DNA from: Mustelus asterias
Taxonomy: Eukaryota
NCBI RefSeq assembly: GCF_964213995.1
Contig: NC_135811.1
Span: 23,498,001 to 23,562,000, forward strand
DNA: 64,000 nt
Direction of reading: 5' to 3'
Under the pieces are notes generated by a model. The model was not told the origin of the DNA and did no database searches. It saw nothing but the letters and a program-made list of their open reading frames with translations. This document shows, one piece after another, positions 51,246 to 64,000 of this stretch. The first letter of the stretch is position 1. Every line of letters begins with the position of its first letter. The translations under genes and the position numbers were made by a program.

Positions 51246-54200
51246 AATTTTTAACTTAAAAAGTTGGGAAGGAGGTGTCTCTTGTTGAAACACCCTCTCT
51301 CTTACTCACCTTCCATTGTAGCCTTTTGCTTGTTTCAAGCTGAAAGCTCTCTGATCAGCCCTTCAGCTTCAAGAGCCTGTTTGCCATCCTGAATTGGGCT
51401 GCCTCAGGGGAAATCACTTGCAGATGGGTTCAGGACTCAGAAACAGTCTGTACCTCTGCTTCCCTCTCAATCCAATCCATTATTTTTACTGTTCCCTCCA
51501 GATACCTGCCTGACCTGCTGCGTATTTCAGATAACTATTTGCTTTTCCATGCGATTTTCTTATGTTTGTTTTTCAATATTGACTTCCCAATTATCACTTG
51601 GGTTATAATTCGCAATCCAATCTTCAATCAAAGTTTACTAAACGTCTTACTCAAGTGAATAGGTTTTCTCTTTTCAGATTTTCATGGCACATTTTGTCAC
51701 CTTGTTTTCCTTATATATTCCTTAATATATTCCTTAAGACTTTTGAGAGGTACATGTTATTATTATTATTGAGTTGCTAAGATATGTTCTTCCTCATGAA
51801 TTTACTTGGATCAAATCAGTTTTAAATTTTAAAGTGCAATAAAGGGTTCCTACCTTGCAACTAAAAGGTAGGTTTTATTCCATCAGTCGCCAAAGGGTTT
51901 TCTCAGAGACAAATAGTAACCATGGAGATGGATCTAAAGTAAAAATCAACAAATTCTGACTCTTTCAAGAAGCAAAGGTTCTGATGGCAAGGACACAGCA
52001 TTTATCGAACTAGGTTTTTGTCCAGGTACCTGAAATAAAAACCATTTTGCATGAAATCTATAATTTAGGGTAATGGGCAACATCTATTTAGAATTGTGAA
52101 AAGCGAGGCTTATATAAGGCACATACACATTAAAGCAGTTCACTGGAAGCTGCTAATATATACCGTATTATATGATTTTAATGACAAACAATTAATGATA
52201 TGCTCTCAAACTGCTTTGGATGCTGGAGGCAATACTCAGGGGCAGGATCAGTCAATAACTAGTTCCCTTTAATGTGGTTCAGAAAGTGCTCGGAGCACTC
52301 CATTAGTAAAAAGTGATTTCCAGGAAATAATTTAAAAACAATGTCATTAGTTGTAAAATGCACTGCATTCTCACTAACAACCTGTTCTTTGACCTAACCA
52401 GATAATTTAAAAAGTGAGAGCACTCGGATTAAATTGATGTGTTAGAATCAAAATAGATAAAATTACCAAGCCAACCCTGGAGTCTATTTAGTTACATTTT
52501 CTCCTGGTTTAAGCTCCTATTACCGCTCCTATCCAACACCATTTCCACTTCCAAGCAGGATTGCAGTACAATCTTGTTTGCTACCTGCCTTGGTGACTTT
52601 CTGATCATTCATATATTATTCTATTTGGTACGACTTTCAACTCCTCTGTTGTTGCGCAATCCTCTGCACAGTTACTTCCTTAATTAGCAAGAAGAGAGGG
52701 GTAGGCAGCCTCAACTTTAACTCCCCCTGCCTGTTGGAACGCAGGTGGGTGTGGGGGCAGTTAAAACGGAGTGAGGGACACACCCATTTCTTTCGCACCC
52801 TGACTCCGATTTTAAATTGCAAATGGCAAGGACAGCTATTCCATATCAACCTCTTTAAATGTGCAGGTCGGTGTTAAGAACCCAGCTGATTTTACCTGTG
52901 AGAGTGTCTCAAAACCCTGAACGATAACTTAAAACATTGATTCTTAGTGATGTATATTTGTTTGGAATAATGTGAGGAATAATGTAGAACCCAGTGACGA
53001 ACCAGTCCAGTCATTGTGTAAACAAGTAATAAAGAGTATTTACGAAAGTAAGAGAAAAAAACACACAACAAAGACTGATGTATACTGATACTTCAGTAGA
53101 CTAATAACTAAACACAGCGTTTGATCTGAAACTTTCTCTTGTCCTCAAAATATACCATGTTCCTTGAACACACGAAGACATTCCTTTTCACATTCACTCC
53201 AGTAACTCAAATCTAGCTCATAATTACCACACTATACAGCTTAGATGACAAAGTCTGGGAGAATGTCTTTTGCTGGTTCAGCGAAGGTACAAAACCATGT
53301 ATGTTAGAAGAGAATATCTTCAATCTACTGTGGCTCTAAATGTTAGATGGAACTGATCACTCTGAAGATTTTGGCCCTGCTGCTTAATGGAAAACTAGCC
53401 ACCTTCCCCTGTAAGGGTGTTAGCAGTTATTCTGTTCAACCACTTTGAAATCCCACCCTGTGGATTCAGCTGTCTATCTCCCTAATTCCTAACCTTTAGA
53501 AATTTATCATTTTGATCATACTGATCTCTGGTAAACAATGTTTCTGATGTGGCACATCACACCTCAATTTTTCTAGACGCCTGCTAATCATGTTACTGGT
53601 CAAATCACATCTCACTATGCCTCTTGATGCCTACTAATCTTGTTCCTCATTTGTTATTTTATTTTCATCTCAAGTTCACTGTTAACCTTGTTAACTTTCA
53701 AATTCCTAACACCAATATTGTAACTGGGGCATGATCTGGACTTTAATCTGAAGTTTGAACAGTGGAAGAATGGCTTCCGTTTAAGACCAAAGTGGCCACA
53801 ATCAGCAGCTGGAGTTCCCTGCAAGGCAACATTTTTACTTCTTCTCTCAGTTTCCACATGGACCAGTAAGAGCAGGCTGATGTTCTGGAATTCACCAGGA
53901 AACCTTGGCCCACCTCTGCCAGTTTCTCCCAGAGAGGTACTGCGATGGAGAATGCACTAGTTGATGGTGCCTTCACAGTTAACTGCCAAGCATGGCAATG
54001 CCTCTACCAGAGTCCACTTGCCAACCAATCATCACACTATTCTCATACAGTTTACATTCATTGATTTCCCTTACATTATAATCTTGTGAATGTCTTGATG
54101 AATGCAAGATGAAAAACTTTGACAAAAAATGTCTTATTTTTCAACAATATTCTAGTTCTTCACTACCAGAAAAGACTATGAAGAAATATGGCGAGGAGAA

Positions 54201-56244
54201 TATGTCCAGTTGAAGGATCTCAATGCATGTTGAATCTATATTTATTTTCAAGAATGCCATATCTCAGACAATCTGTTGTCAACAGAATCTATATATGGAA
54301 ATAACCCACAGCAGTGCACTCGAAATAAAAGTGATTTCCCCTGTCCCTTGGAGTATCTTCCTGATAAGCTACATGCGCTCTTTAATTTTGTTTAAATTGC
54401 ACGGAAGATTGAATTGTTTAAATATATAACGTGATATACAGTCAGGACGTTGCCTTAGTGTCTGCCGCATTTGTGCATGCATTTTTCTGATTCCCTGCTG
54501 GATCACAATTCTTAACTTAAGTGGACACAAGATTTTAATGAGTTATTCATCAGTTTCTATATTGCATTTTAAGACTATTGCCCTTTGCTTATACTGACTT
54601 AAAATAAAACAACGATATTTCACAGCGTAGTAAGGCTGATTGTTGTTGTTCAAAGATCATAATATGCTTCTCCAAAAGGTGTCAGCAAAAAATAGTAGAA
54701 CTATGCATCTTTCAAAGAACAACACAAGTACTTGACTTGCCCCCGGCCCTGACACTAGTGTCGGTTTAGAAAGAAATGATGGTGTGTTGGATCCCCAATG
54801 GCTCTTTGCTAAATCAGGCCGCAATCTATGCCTATGCACTTTCCAGAGGGATACGATTATCTCATAACTTGTAAAATTGTCAAACGCCCTCGGGTCGCTC
54901 TACAGATTCATTGGATTGAGAATCTGACAAATTCAATATAAGTCCAACTAGGAGATACAACATTCATTCCCAAGGTATTTGTTAATTCTTGCTCAAGAAT
55001 ACACAAGCAGAGAAAGGAAGGGGTTTGAACTTATATATAAAACATTTGCCCTGAAACCCCAAGTGTTGGCTGCCAATTAAGTACTTTTGAAGCGCAATCA
55101 ATGTTGCAATGTCGAGAAACATGGGATTCCAATGCATGCACAGTAAGATGCCATAAACAGAAAAGAGAAACTGTGCACGACTAGGTAATCTACTCTGATG
55201 ATGTTGATGGAGAAATAATTATTAGGCAGGCCACCAAGAGAAGGCCTCTGCTCTTCTTCCAAGCAGCCCTGCAGGAAATTTTACATCCCATCATAAAGAG
55301 CAGACTGGACTTCATTTGAACAACACGTCATCATCTAAAAGACAGAATCTGCCGCAATGCAGCACTTCCTCAATACTGCTTCGCATCAAGCCAAGCTAAC
55401 GCCACAATCATGCCCAGAAAAAGAAGAGGAGGATGATGATAATGATTGAAGGTAAATAATTTGGGACATTCTTTTGGGATTTGACTTCTAATTTGGTCAG
55501 GAAAGCTGTCGAGCTTGGACCTTTGACTAAAAAGGAGTTTCCATTAAAGGTCATTCGCACAGATGGTTGATAAAAAATTACAACTGGAAGGGGTGTCATG
55601 TCACAGTCTAACTCCCTTGGGCATGATCTCCATCAACAATTCTCCAAACATTGCAAATTGGAATATTGAATGGACAAGGATATAGAGTATGGCAGTGTTA
55701 TTGTGGTCATGGACCATCTTTTGTTTCAGGGTTTTGTGGCTGTTATTGATAAAATAAACTTTGAATCAACAGCAGCTTGCCTATCCCTGAACGATCCAGT
55801 CCAGACCTCATTTGATATTATCCCTTTTTGCTTTTAATTTAATTTAATATAAATTTTAGTTGGTTTTCCCCTCTCCCTAATGGAGAACATTAGTCCATTT
55901 TGCTGCATTAGTGAATTATACCTTCCAGTTCCAGTTCCAGCTGAAGAATAAACTCAGACAGGAAACTTTGGAGGAAATTATAATCAGTCCCAAAATTACC
56001 TGGGGCCTACTCTGCCAGCTCTCCCGCCTCCAGGGATAGAGTGATCGACACGGCACACTGCATCGGCTCAATTCATCTGAGAGGTGGCGAAGGCCAAGGA
56101 AACAAAATGGCTACAAAATTCCTCTGTGCTTAGCGCAGACAAGGATAATAAATACATTCTGGCCTGACTGTATTAACCATGATAAACAGAATGCATTTTC
56201 AAAAGCCTCAGTTGATGTGATGGAGGGTAAATGCTGGGGTAATT

Positions 56245-56698
56245 CATAGAGTCATAGAGGTTCATGGTATGGAAAAATCCCCTCGGCCCAAGTTGTCCAT
56301 GCCGCCCTTGTTTTTAACGACTAAGCTAATCCCAATTGCCTGCAACCCCAAGTGTTGGCTGCCAATTAAGTCTCTACCCATCTTACCCATATAACTGTCT
56401 AAACACTTTTTAAAAGACAAAATTGTACCCGCCTCTACTACTACCTCTGGCAGCTCGTTCCAGACACTCACCACCCTCTCTGTGAAAAAATTGCTCCTCT
56501 GGACACTTTTGCGTCCCCTCTCACCTTAAACCTATGCCCTCTAGTTTTATATTCCCCTACCTTTGGGAAAAGATATTGACTATCTAGCTGATCTATGCCC
56601 CTCATTATTTTATAGACCTCTATAAGATCACCCCTAAGCCTCCTATGCTCCAGAGAAAAGAAATCCCATTTTATCCAGCCTCTCCTTATAACTCAAGT
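56245..56698 (-). mobile_element. CR1-like LINE 3' end
   Basis: VVSVWNELPEVVVEAGTILSFKKCLDSYM; TCATAGAGTCATAGAG tail. Confidence 0.85.
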
Positions 56699-57263
56699 TC
56701 CTGAGATGCCTGCAGGAAATGTCCCAGAAACAATGCCTTGATATGTTGGAGGGGTGGTGTGTGTGTGTGTGTGTGGGTGGGGTGGGGGGGGGGGGGAATC
56801 AAAGCCCCTCCTCACACCACCGGAATTAAAGAAGCAATGAAACTGCCAATTGCAGCTCACCATTACAGAAATTAGGTTTCCAGCCCTAGGAATATCAGGG
56901 CAATTCTTTTCAGTTAATCAAAATAATGAAACACAGAAAAAGTGGGATGTCGGCTCCTCTTGGAATAACTGTCTTTTATGTTAAAGTTTCCAACTTTTTA
57001 GCTTTTGCTACTAGCTCTGTGGTGATATTATTTTCTAGCAAAGATGTTGGGCACAACATCGCTTTGCTTCTATCAAGGAGGGGGAAAATGACATTTTTGC
57101 AGATTGTAAGAACTGTGCTTGCTTGTAACAGCAAAAATATATGAAACTGACAGATTTTGTACTCAAAGTATTTCATTTCAAGCAAATGGATCCTTGGAAC
57201 AGGTAATTTTAGCAAATAAATGGGCTCGCAATGATGGCTGGGAATTTGTGTTCAGGTTTGCCG

Positions 57264-57428
57264 TGTGTGGTAATCCCCACAAGGCCCATGGGGAATCACT
57301 GATTGATCTCCCTGTGGAGCTTGGAGAGTATGAGTTCCCCTGGTAACAGGCAGTGGCCTGTCCACCTGGAACTCATTACTTGAGCCTTTTATGAGGCAGG
57401 TCCAGGACTGAGCTTGTTGAGTCATTAC
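57264..57428 (+). mobile_element. Deleted solo LTR related to the 12294 element
   Basis: CCCCACAAGG...CTGATTGATCTCCCTGTGG shared with 12302-12342; ends GAGTCATTAC. Confidence 0.7.
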
Positions 57429-58427
57429 TGCGGGTGTAAATGGTGATGGGGGTGCAAAATCCCATGGGAACCGAGAAACGAGACATGTGCCAACAAGATC
57501 CAGCGAGGCAATTGTTCCCACTTCCTGCCATTGACGTAAGGCAATTCACATCCAGGAAGATCAGAAACCTCATTATAATGTAATTAGTATATCAATGGGC
57601 AGGCATCCCCATTGTAAACCACCCCCCCGACCCCAATTATTGGAACATCTACATTACACTACCAGGGTTTACAACAAGTCTTTCAAAACAAAAACCTGGC
57701 GACCTCACCTCCGAGGAGGAGTTTGGAGATGAGTGCCACTATCAACCATGCAGTTCATGAGGAGAGAGGACACCAGAGGGAATGGGGTGGGGCGGGGCGG
57801 AGCCAGCTAAGGGGCTCACGCTGTGGGAGCGGGATGGGGGAGGGGGGGGAGGGTTGTCAGTTGGGGCCAGGAATTGGGGAGGCCTGGTAGGGTGAGGGGG
57901 ATAACTCCTTCTTGGGACTGGTGATCCAGGGAGTTAGGTTGAACTGCATGGGGGGTACAGGCAATGGGGAGCAAAGTGGAGGGGGGAAGGGCAATATTCA
58001 TCAGTGGAGGTGGGGGCCAATTGTGGTGGGGCCTGACTGTGGGAGGATGGTTTGGCCCCTCACCCACTCTGGGGCTGAAGGACCCCTGCCTTCTCGAGGG
58101 GCCCTGGTACTGGGGCTGGGAAGCCTGGGCAGCTGCGCTGGGTGGGTGGGTGGGAGAGTGGGTGTCCAGAATACAAGGCTGGTGGGAGCTAACAACTCTA
58201 TGGGGTGAGGGGCTGCCAAGATGTCATGGCTGACCATGCTAGCTTTAATATGGAGCTATGACAGCAGTGAGCTCACCCTTGCCTGCCAGATCAGTAACCC
58301 GCTAGTCTGTTAATATTTCTTAGCTAAGGATGCCCACTAACTAAGTTATGATGTGCTAGTGCCACTGATTACTGCTTACCAGTTAACCACTTGCACAACC
58401 ATTCAGTTCATTCCAAGACTTGCCTTC

Positions 58428-59178
58428 AGCAGTAAGGGGGAGCTATACAATAAATGGCAGAACCATCAGGAGTATAGACACACAGAGGGACCTGGGTGTA
58501 CAAGTCCACAGATCCTTAAAGGTGGCAGCACAGGTGGAGAGGGTGGTCAAGAAGGCATATGGCATGCTTGTCTTTATTGGACGGGGCATAGAATATAAAA
58601 GTTGGCATATGATGTTGCAGCTGTATAGAACGATGGTTAGGCCACATTTGGAATACTGCGTCCAGTTCTGGTCGCCACACTACCAGAAGGACGTGGAGGC
58701 TTTGGAGAGAGTACAGAAAAGGTTTACCAGGATGTTGCCTGGTATGGAGGGTCTTAGCTATGAGGAGAGATTGGGTAAACTGGGGTTGTTCTCCCTGGAA
58801 AGACGGAGGATGAGGGGCGACCTAATAGAGGTGTATAAAATTATGAAGGGCATAGATAGGGTGAACAGTGGGAAGCTTTTTCCCAGGTCGGAGGTGACGA
58901 ACACAAGGGGTCACGGGTTCAAGGTGAGGGGGGCAAGGTTCAACACAGATGTCAGGGGGACGTATTTTACACAGAGGGTGGTGGAGGCCTGGAATGCACT
59001 GCCAAGCAAGGTGATTGAGGCGGACACACTGGGATCGTTTAAGACTTATCTAGATAGCCACATGAACAGACTGGGAATAGAGGGATACAAACGAATGGTC
59101 TAGTTGGGCACATGAGCGGCGCAGGCTTGGAGGGCCGAAGGGCCTGTTCCTGTGCTGTATTGCTCTTTGTTCTTTGTT
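58428..59178 (+). mobile_element. Young CR1/HER1-like LINE 3' end (uninterrupted 227-aa ORF)
   Basis: RDLGVQVHRSLK...LYRTMVRPHLEYCVQFWSPHY...FTQRVVEAWNALP; (TTCTTTG)n tail. Confidence 0.93.
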
Positions 59179-61181
59179 CATTCACTGAGAGGGAGAGCAG
59201 AATTACTATATCCCAGACAAGCAGGAAAGGTTTCAGAGCTCACCAGGCATCCAGCAGGTGATGTTGCAGTGACTTCCTCACAGGCCATTCACCCTCCCCC
59301 CACAAAAGGTTTGCGCATAGGGCATTACAGTTAACCATGCGGCTGATGCGGGAGACCTCAGGGCTCAAGAAGGTCTCCAAAGGTGACGCCTATCAGTTAG
59401 GTTGAATGGGGAGAGGCTGGTGTAGGGACTTGCCCAGCCAGGGAGATTGTAAGGGAGTGGAGCTCATTGTGATGGCTAGCACAGCTTTCATGGACCATCG
59501 GAAAGGATGTTCCTGGGTTAGATGGGCAATGGGTCAGAGCATGGATTGGACCCTTGAGTGTTCACTCTGCCTCTTTCTTCCCACGCAGTTAGTAGACAGA
59601 GACACACATGGAGCCAGTAAATTTGGCAATAATCCATCTTGCCATGAGGCAAGAGAGACAACACCTGCGTTAAAATCTGGCTCCCAAGAGGCAGGAGCAG
59701 GAGTCTGAGGAGGAAGGAGTGGCAGGGTCTGCTCAGCTGCCGGAGACTGAATCACAGAGAGTGGCCATTTGAAGGTACCACTGTTGGCCCTGAGTTACAG
59801 ATGACACCTTACATTCTTGGAAATATGTGGGAACCAGTGCAGGAGGAGACTCCAAATGTCCAAGGACACAGTCACTCACCTTTACCAGGTTCTCCAAGAG
59901 TCAGTGCCACATGGACTTTGAGGTCACTCACTGCCTGTCACCCTGAAGGTCACAGCTGCTCTAAATATCTATGCAAGTGGCTCCTTTCATGACTCCACCA
60001 ATGACCTTCATGGCATCTCACAGGCCTCTGCACATAAGTGCCTTAAGGAGGTCACGGACCTTTGTGCAGCCGCATCACTACTTTAATTTTGACTGGGTTC
60101 AGGCTAGCCAGGACATGAGACACATGGGATTCGACCAGTTAACTGGCTTCCCACAAGTGCAGGGAGACATTGATTGCACGCACGTGGCTTTTTGTTCCCC
60201 ATGGCATCATTAACTGCAAGGGCTTCCACTCCCTGAATTTCTAGATCATCTGCAACCATGCCAAGCACATCCTGCAGGGTGTGTGCTAGGTTTACAGGCA
60301 GCATCCACAGCAGCTACATCCTTGGCCACTCTCAGATACCCAAGGTATTGGAGAGAGCTTAGCAGTACAGGGTTGGCTCCTTGGGGATGGGGCACCTCTT
60401 CAGGATGTGACTGATGACACCTTTGAGGATGCCACCGAGTGCGGCAGAGACCCGCTATAATGAGGGGCATGCTGCTACTCGTGCTTTGGTTGAGCAGATG
60501 ATCGGGTTGCTGAAGAGGTAGTTCCAGTGCTTGGAGCGGTCAGGCGGAACCCAACCAATATAGCCCCAGAGAGTGTTGCGCATTGTTGTTGTGCGCTGTG
60601 CCCTGCACAACCTAGTGTTGCAATGGGGAGAAGATCTGGCAGAGGAGGAGCTGGATGAGCGGCACATCTCCTCTGATGAAGATGATGTTGAGGAGGGACT
60701 GGCGGGGGGGGGGGGGGGGGGGGGGGGTGGGGCACTGGAGGAAGCGGGGGAAGGCAGTCAGGTGATGGTGAGGGTCTGAAGATGGAGTAGGAGAGCTTGG
60801 AGCTCCCTAGGAGCCTCCCACTTCATGGATGATCAGGAGGACCAGGATGGACAACAAAATCTCATCATTGGAGAGGGCACTTTTTTACTGTCCTAAACCC
60901 AACCCTGAAATTGCTCCGATCATGGAAGGGGTTCCCCTCGTCCCAACAACGCAGGAGTAGAAGATGTCAAAGTGCCCTCGCCATGGAAGTGGCGTGAAAC
61001 CGGTGCAAACATTTTCTTTTCTTTTCAGAGTACCTAAAAATAGGGTGCAAAAACGTGCCAAAAGTGACGGTGGGCGACTCACCACTTCTCCCACTCAAAA
61101 CAACACAGTCAAAAAAAAGCCAGAAAATTCCGTCTGATAACAGCAATATTCCACACTGCAAGATTCACTGAAAAAGATGAC

Positions 61182-62747
61182 AGGGGCCTCCCCCCAAAAT
61201 TCTAAGTGTCGGATTCGCGTAAAAACTGGAGTAAATGCCGTTGGTTTTTTCAGCGGGAGTTTCAAAATGAATCTCCCACACTCTGTGCACTGCAGAGTGC
61301 ACTAGTGTGAATCACTCCAAAAATCAGTGGGCAGGGCCAATTCCCACTGGAGAGGCCGACAGGACGGCGCTGAGCAGGCCATTACGCACGCACCTATCTG
61401 TCAGATGGAGATCGGAGCATGTGCAGTAGCCCCGTGCTGCCTGCCTCCCGTTCACTGGCCAATTCAATTGCTGACTAGCCCCGTGGCCCCCGCATCACCG
61501 GCCGTTGACCCCCCATGGCCCGATTGCTGGTCCCCCAAACATGCCTGGGCCAGCCTTGACCCTACCCACCCCCAGCCCACTCGATGTTCCCCCCCTGCAG
61601 CCCTGTTTCCTCAAATCTGCCTCCCCGCAGTCCCAACTCCCCTCCTGCAGCCCCGATCCCTCCAGCAGGCTGACTCACCCCCCACCCCAATGGCCAGCCC
61701 CGATCGCTGGCCTCCCTCCCTCTGTCACTCAGCCCAAATGTAGAGTGGCAGTGCAATTGCCCACTCCCACCAATCGCCTCCAGAGGCCCTGCCCACTCCC
61801 ACCAATCGCCTCCAGGGGCCTCGCCCTCCCAGCAGGCCCCACACCCATTAGGCTCCGCCCCCTTGGCACTGCCCGATACCTGGTGGGCAGTGACAAGGTG
61901 CCACCTGGGTATTGGCACTTTGTCCCTTGGGCAGTGCCAGGGGGTCCAGGCTGGCACTGCCAAGGTGTTTATGCCCAGGGGGCATCCCCACAGCACTCGA
62001 CCTCCTGGGGAGCCTCATTGGCCTCCCATCATGCCAGCGGGGTCGAGCCGCCAGCCCCCCGCAAGTGGGGAGCGACTATATTTACGGCGGCACGGTAGCA
62101 CAGTGGTTGGCACTGCTGCTTCACAGCTCCAGGGACCTGGGTTCGATTCCCGGCTCGGGTCACTGTCTGTGTGGAGTTTGCACATTCTCCTCGTGTCTGC
62201 ATGGGTTTCCTCCGGGTGCTCCGGTTTCCTCCCACAGTCCAAAGATGTGCGGGTTAGGTTGATTGGCCATGGTAAAATTGCCCTTTAGTGTCCTGAGATG
62301 CATAGGTTAGAGGGATTAGCGGGTAAAATATGCAGGGATATGGGGGTAGGGCCTGGGTGAGATTGTGGTCGGTGCAGACTCGATGGGCCGAAGGGCCTCT
62401 TTCTGCACTGTAGGGTTCTATGATTCTATGATGATATATACCCCGCTGGAGTGAATCACTCCTTACTCCTTGTGGCGGGGGTAGGGGAAGGGGGAGAGGC
62501 TAGCGGGCCTGGAGATTTCGGCCCCAGGCCCGCTTATGATATTTAAATGATATTCAAATTAGCATCTCTATAAATTATTCAGCTCCGCACCGAGTTCCAG
62601 TGTGGAGCTGACAGTGCCGGAAATCTGACACTCGGCCACTCGCGGAGACCGTGGCGTCCAGCGGGGAGCCTGCGAAACGGCCTCCGCCCGAGTCTCCCGG
62701 CCCCACTGCGCTATAAGAGCAGCGCAGCGGAATGGGAGAACCGCCCT
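61182..62747. mobile_element. GC-rich non-autonomous Harbinger-like element carrying an HE1 SINE
   Basis: Ends with GGGAGAACCGCCC; subterminal ATTCTAAGTG resembles the reverse complement of the right end of the 44031-50363 element; abrupt GC rise within AT-rich TLR remnants. Confidence 0.55.
62086..62432 (+). mobile_element. HE1-type SINE, full length
   Basis: A/B boxes, V-domain, (TTCTATGA)n tail. Confidence 0.93.
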
Positions 62748-63628
62748 CGATACATTTGCACTTAATACAATCGCTATTTTCTGGAGTCATTCCCCAGTAC
62801 AGCTTGAAAGTCAAATTGTTTTTAGAAAAGCTCACATGCAGACTAAACCCTTGCTCCATGTGCTTTCAGTGTCATACACAATACATATGTTGTAATAAGC
62901 AGCAATTTCAAATACAAAGGGAAATTTCCTCTGTGCATTATTTATATCATAAATCTGTTCGTTACATATCACAGAGGAGGGGAATTCTCCCCCCTACCCC
63001 CCTGTGTTGGAATAACTTTATTTGATTTTTCAGTGTGATACCAAAAATCACAATATTCCAAATAGTATAAATTCAGGCAGGAATATATTTGATAGATTAA
63101 TTCATAATATATGAGTTTTTGTAAAGTTTAAAGATCATTTCTTTTAGGCTAAATTTAAAAAACTGTCTGGCGTGCTGAACTGAGCAGATTGGCTCACCCT
63201 TAATCTTTGGCTCCCATAACATGCCAGTAAATGGAAATAATATTGACTGTGCGGTACCATAACTGAGATTTATTATCTTTGTGTTATGACAGATGGCGTT
63301 TTAGGATCTTTGTGCGCAAACTTGGCTATCGCAACCATGTTGCTCTACACTGTGATGACACACTACAAAAGAGGCTTAGACAGTTTGAAATGAAGGCCTA
63401 AGTACTGTTATAGTTTCAATTCCTTCATTATTTGAACATGCACTTCATAAAATTGCATGATCCGGATTATCTCCTATTAACAATGAATGGATAGAATACA
63501 CAGAGAATAGGCACAATGCCAGACACCAATGTTCCTGGCTTCTGCCCCTGTGCTAGAATGTGAATGCAGAAATACAGATTTGCAATTCGTTATATAATTA
63601 GATCCATGGATTTGTTACATTTGTTCTT

Positions 63629-63790
63629 AATAAAAGCAAATCACTGCGGATGCTGGAATCTGAAACCAAAAGAGAAAATGCTGGAAAATCTCAGCCGGTC
63701 AAAGGGTCATCTGGACTCGAAACGTCAGCTCTTTTCTCTCCTTACATATGTTGCCAGACCTGCTGAGATTTTCCAGCATTTTCTCTTTTG
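63629..63790. mobile_element. Short palindromic interspersed repeat inserted in TLR pseudogene 2
   Basis: Internal inverted repeat CCAAAAGAGAAAATGCTGGAAAATCTCAGC / GCTGAGATTTTCCAGCATTTTCTCTTTTGG; 15-bp TSD GTTACATTTG(T/C)TCTT at 63614 and 63791; relatives at ~2078-2260, 16225-16340 and 32970-33060. Confidence 0.85.
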
Positions 63791-64000
63791 GTTACATTTG
63801 CTCTTGGTAGATATTTTACGGATTGAGTACGAGAGAAATTGTTTTAAGTTTTCTTTGGGGAATTCTTTTGGTCAGCTGGGTGAAGAACTTCGACAGAGAA
63901 GGAAACATTTTTCTAGACTTCACACTCAGTCTTGTTATCAGGCATTTTTGTGACAACATGAGTTAGATACAGGAAAACTTGCTCTCTACATTGTTGGAAC

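Larger units (their letters stand above)
57235..61136 (+). mobile_element. Second, older Harbinger element with degraded transposase (about 59550-60840)
   Basis: GFPQVQGDIDCTHVAF, KGFHSLN, GWLLGDG, HAATRALVEQMIGLLK, CALHNL motifs with many stops and frameshifts; ends poorly defined. Confidence 0.8.
54295..64000 (+). pseudogene. Decayed Toll-like receptor pseudogene 2, split by TE insertions; TIR runs off the window end
   Basis: N-cap NC...C...IPCWITILNLSGHKI (54490); FIGL/ENLT (54907); RL*ELCL...SFQANGSLEQVILANK (57101-57220); VRYISQRRGILPPTPL (~62957); NIFDRL (63082); RGLDSLK (63370); LHYLNMHFIKLH (63423); LRRCT-like ECRNTDLQFVI*LDPWICY (63562); TM IFYGLSTREIVLSFLWGILLVSW (63811); RRKHFSRLHTQSCYQAFL then *IQENLLSTLLE resembling TIR box 1 (63897-63999). 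Confidence 0.7.

Noticed and set aside
58420-59103. Longest ORF (227 aa) as a host protein gene
   Set aside because: It is the C-terminus of CR1-like ORF2 followed by the LINE 3' UTR and tail.
61327-62288. Long overlapping Pro/Gly-rich ORFs (138-197 aa)
   Set aside because: By-products of a GC-rich, stop-poor non-autonomous element and a SINE; no domain motifs.
63290-63372. Hydrophobic DGVLGSLCANLAIATMLLYTV as the TM of TLR pseudogene 2
   Set aside because: It is followed by further LRR and LRRCT remnants; the segment at 63811-63879 fits the TM position better.
38116-64000. 3' exons of FHIP2A (FAM160B1), the upstream neighbour expected from human synteny
   Set aside because: I recognised no FHIP2A-like coding exon on either strand; it may lie beyond the window.

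Overview
Eukaryotic, repeat-rich DNA, most likely from a shark or other elasmobranch (HE1-type tRNA-derived V-SINEs, CR1/HER1-like, Rex1/Babar, L2 and Penelope-like retroelements). The only intact host gene is the 5' part of TRUB1 (tRNA pseudouridine synthase) on the minus strand: five phase-consistent coding exons from 37031 down to 88, continuing past the left edge. Its promoter has an E-box, a ZNF143-type motif and a ~40-bp minisatellite with 12 CCAAT boxes, split by a ~500-bp Penelope-derived hairpin. Upstream, on the plus strand, I read two heavily decayed, apparently intronless Toll-like-receptor pseudogenes (about 40467-43699 and 54295-64000+). Neither appears as a coherent ORF in the supplied track; both were pieced together by eye across frameshifts. 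Between and inside them lie PIF/Harbinger transposons, including one full-length two-gene copy with TIRs and a TSD. Three short patches (28-79 bp) look copied from sequence 1.2-3.5 kb away into other repeats, suggesting local templated insertions. All family assignments come from motif recognition without database searches, and repeat boundaries are approximate.
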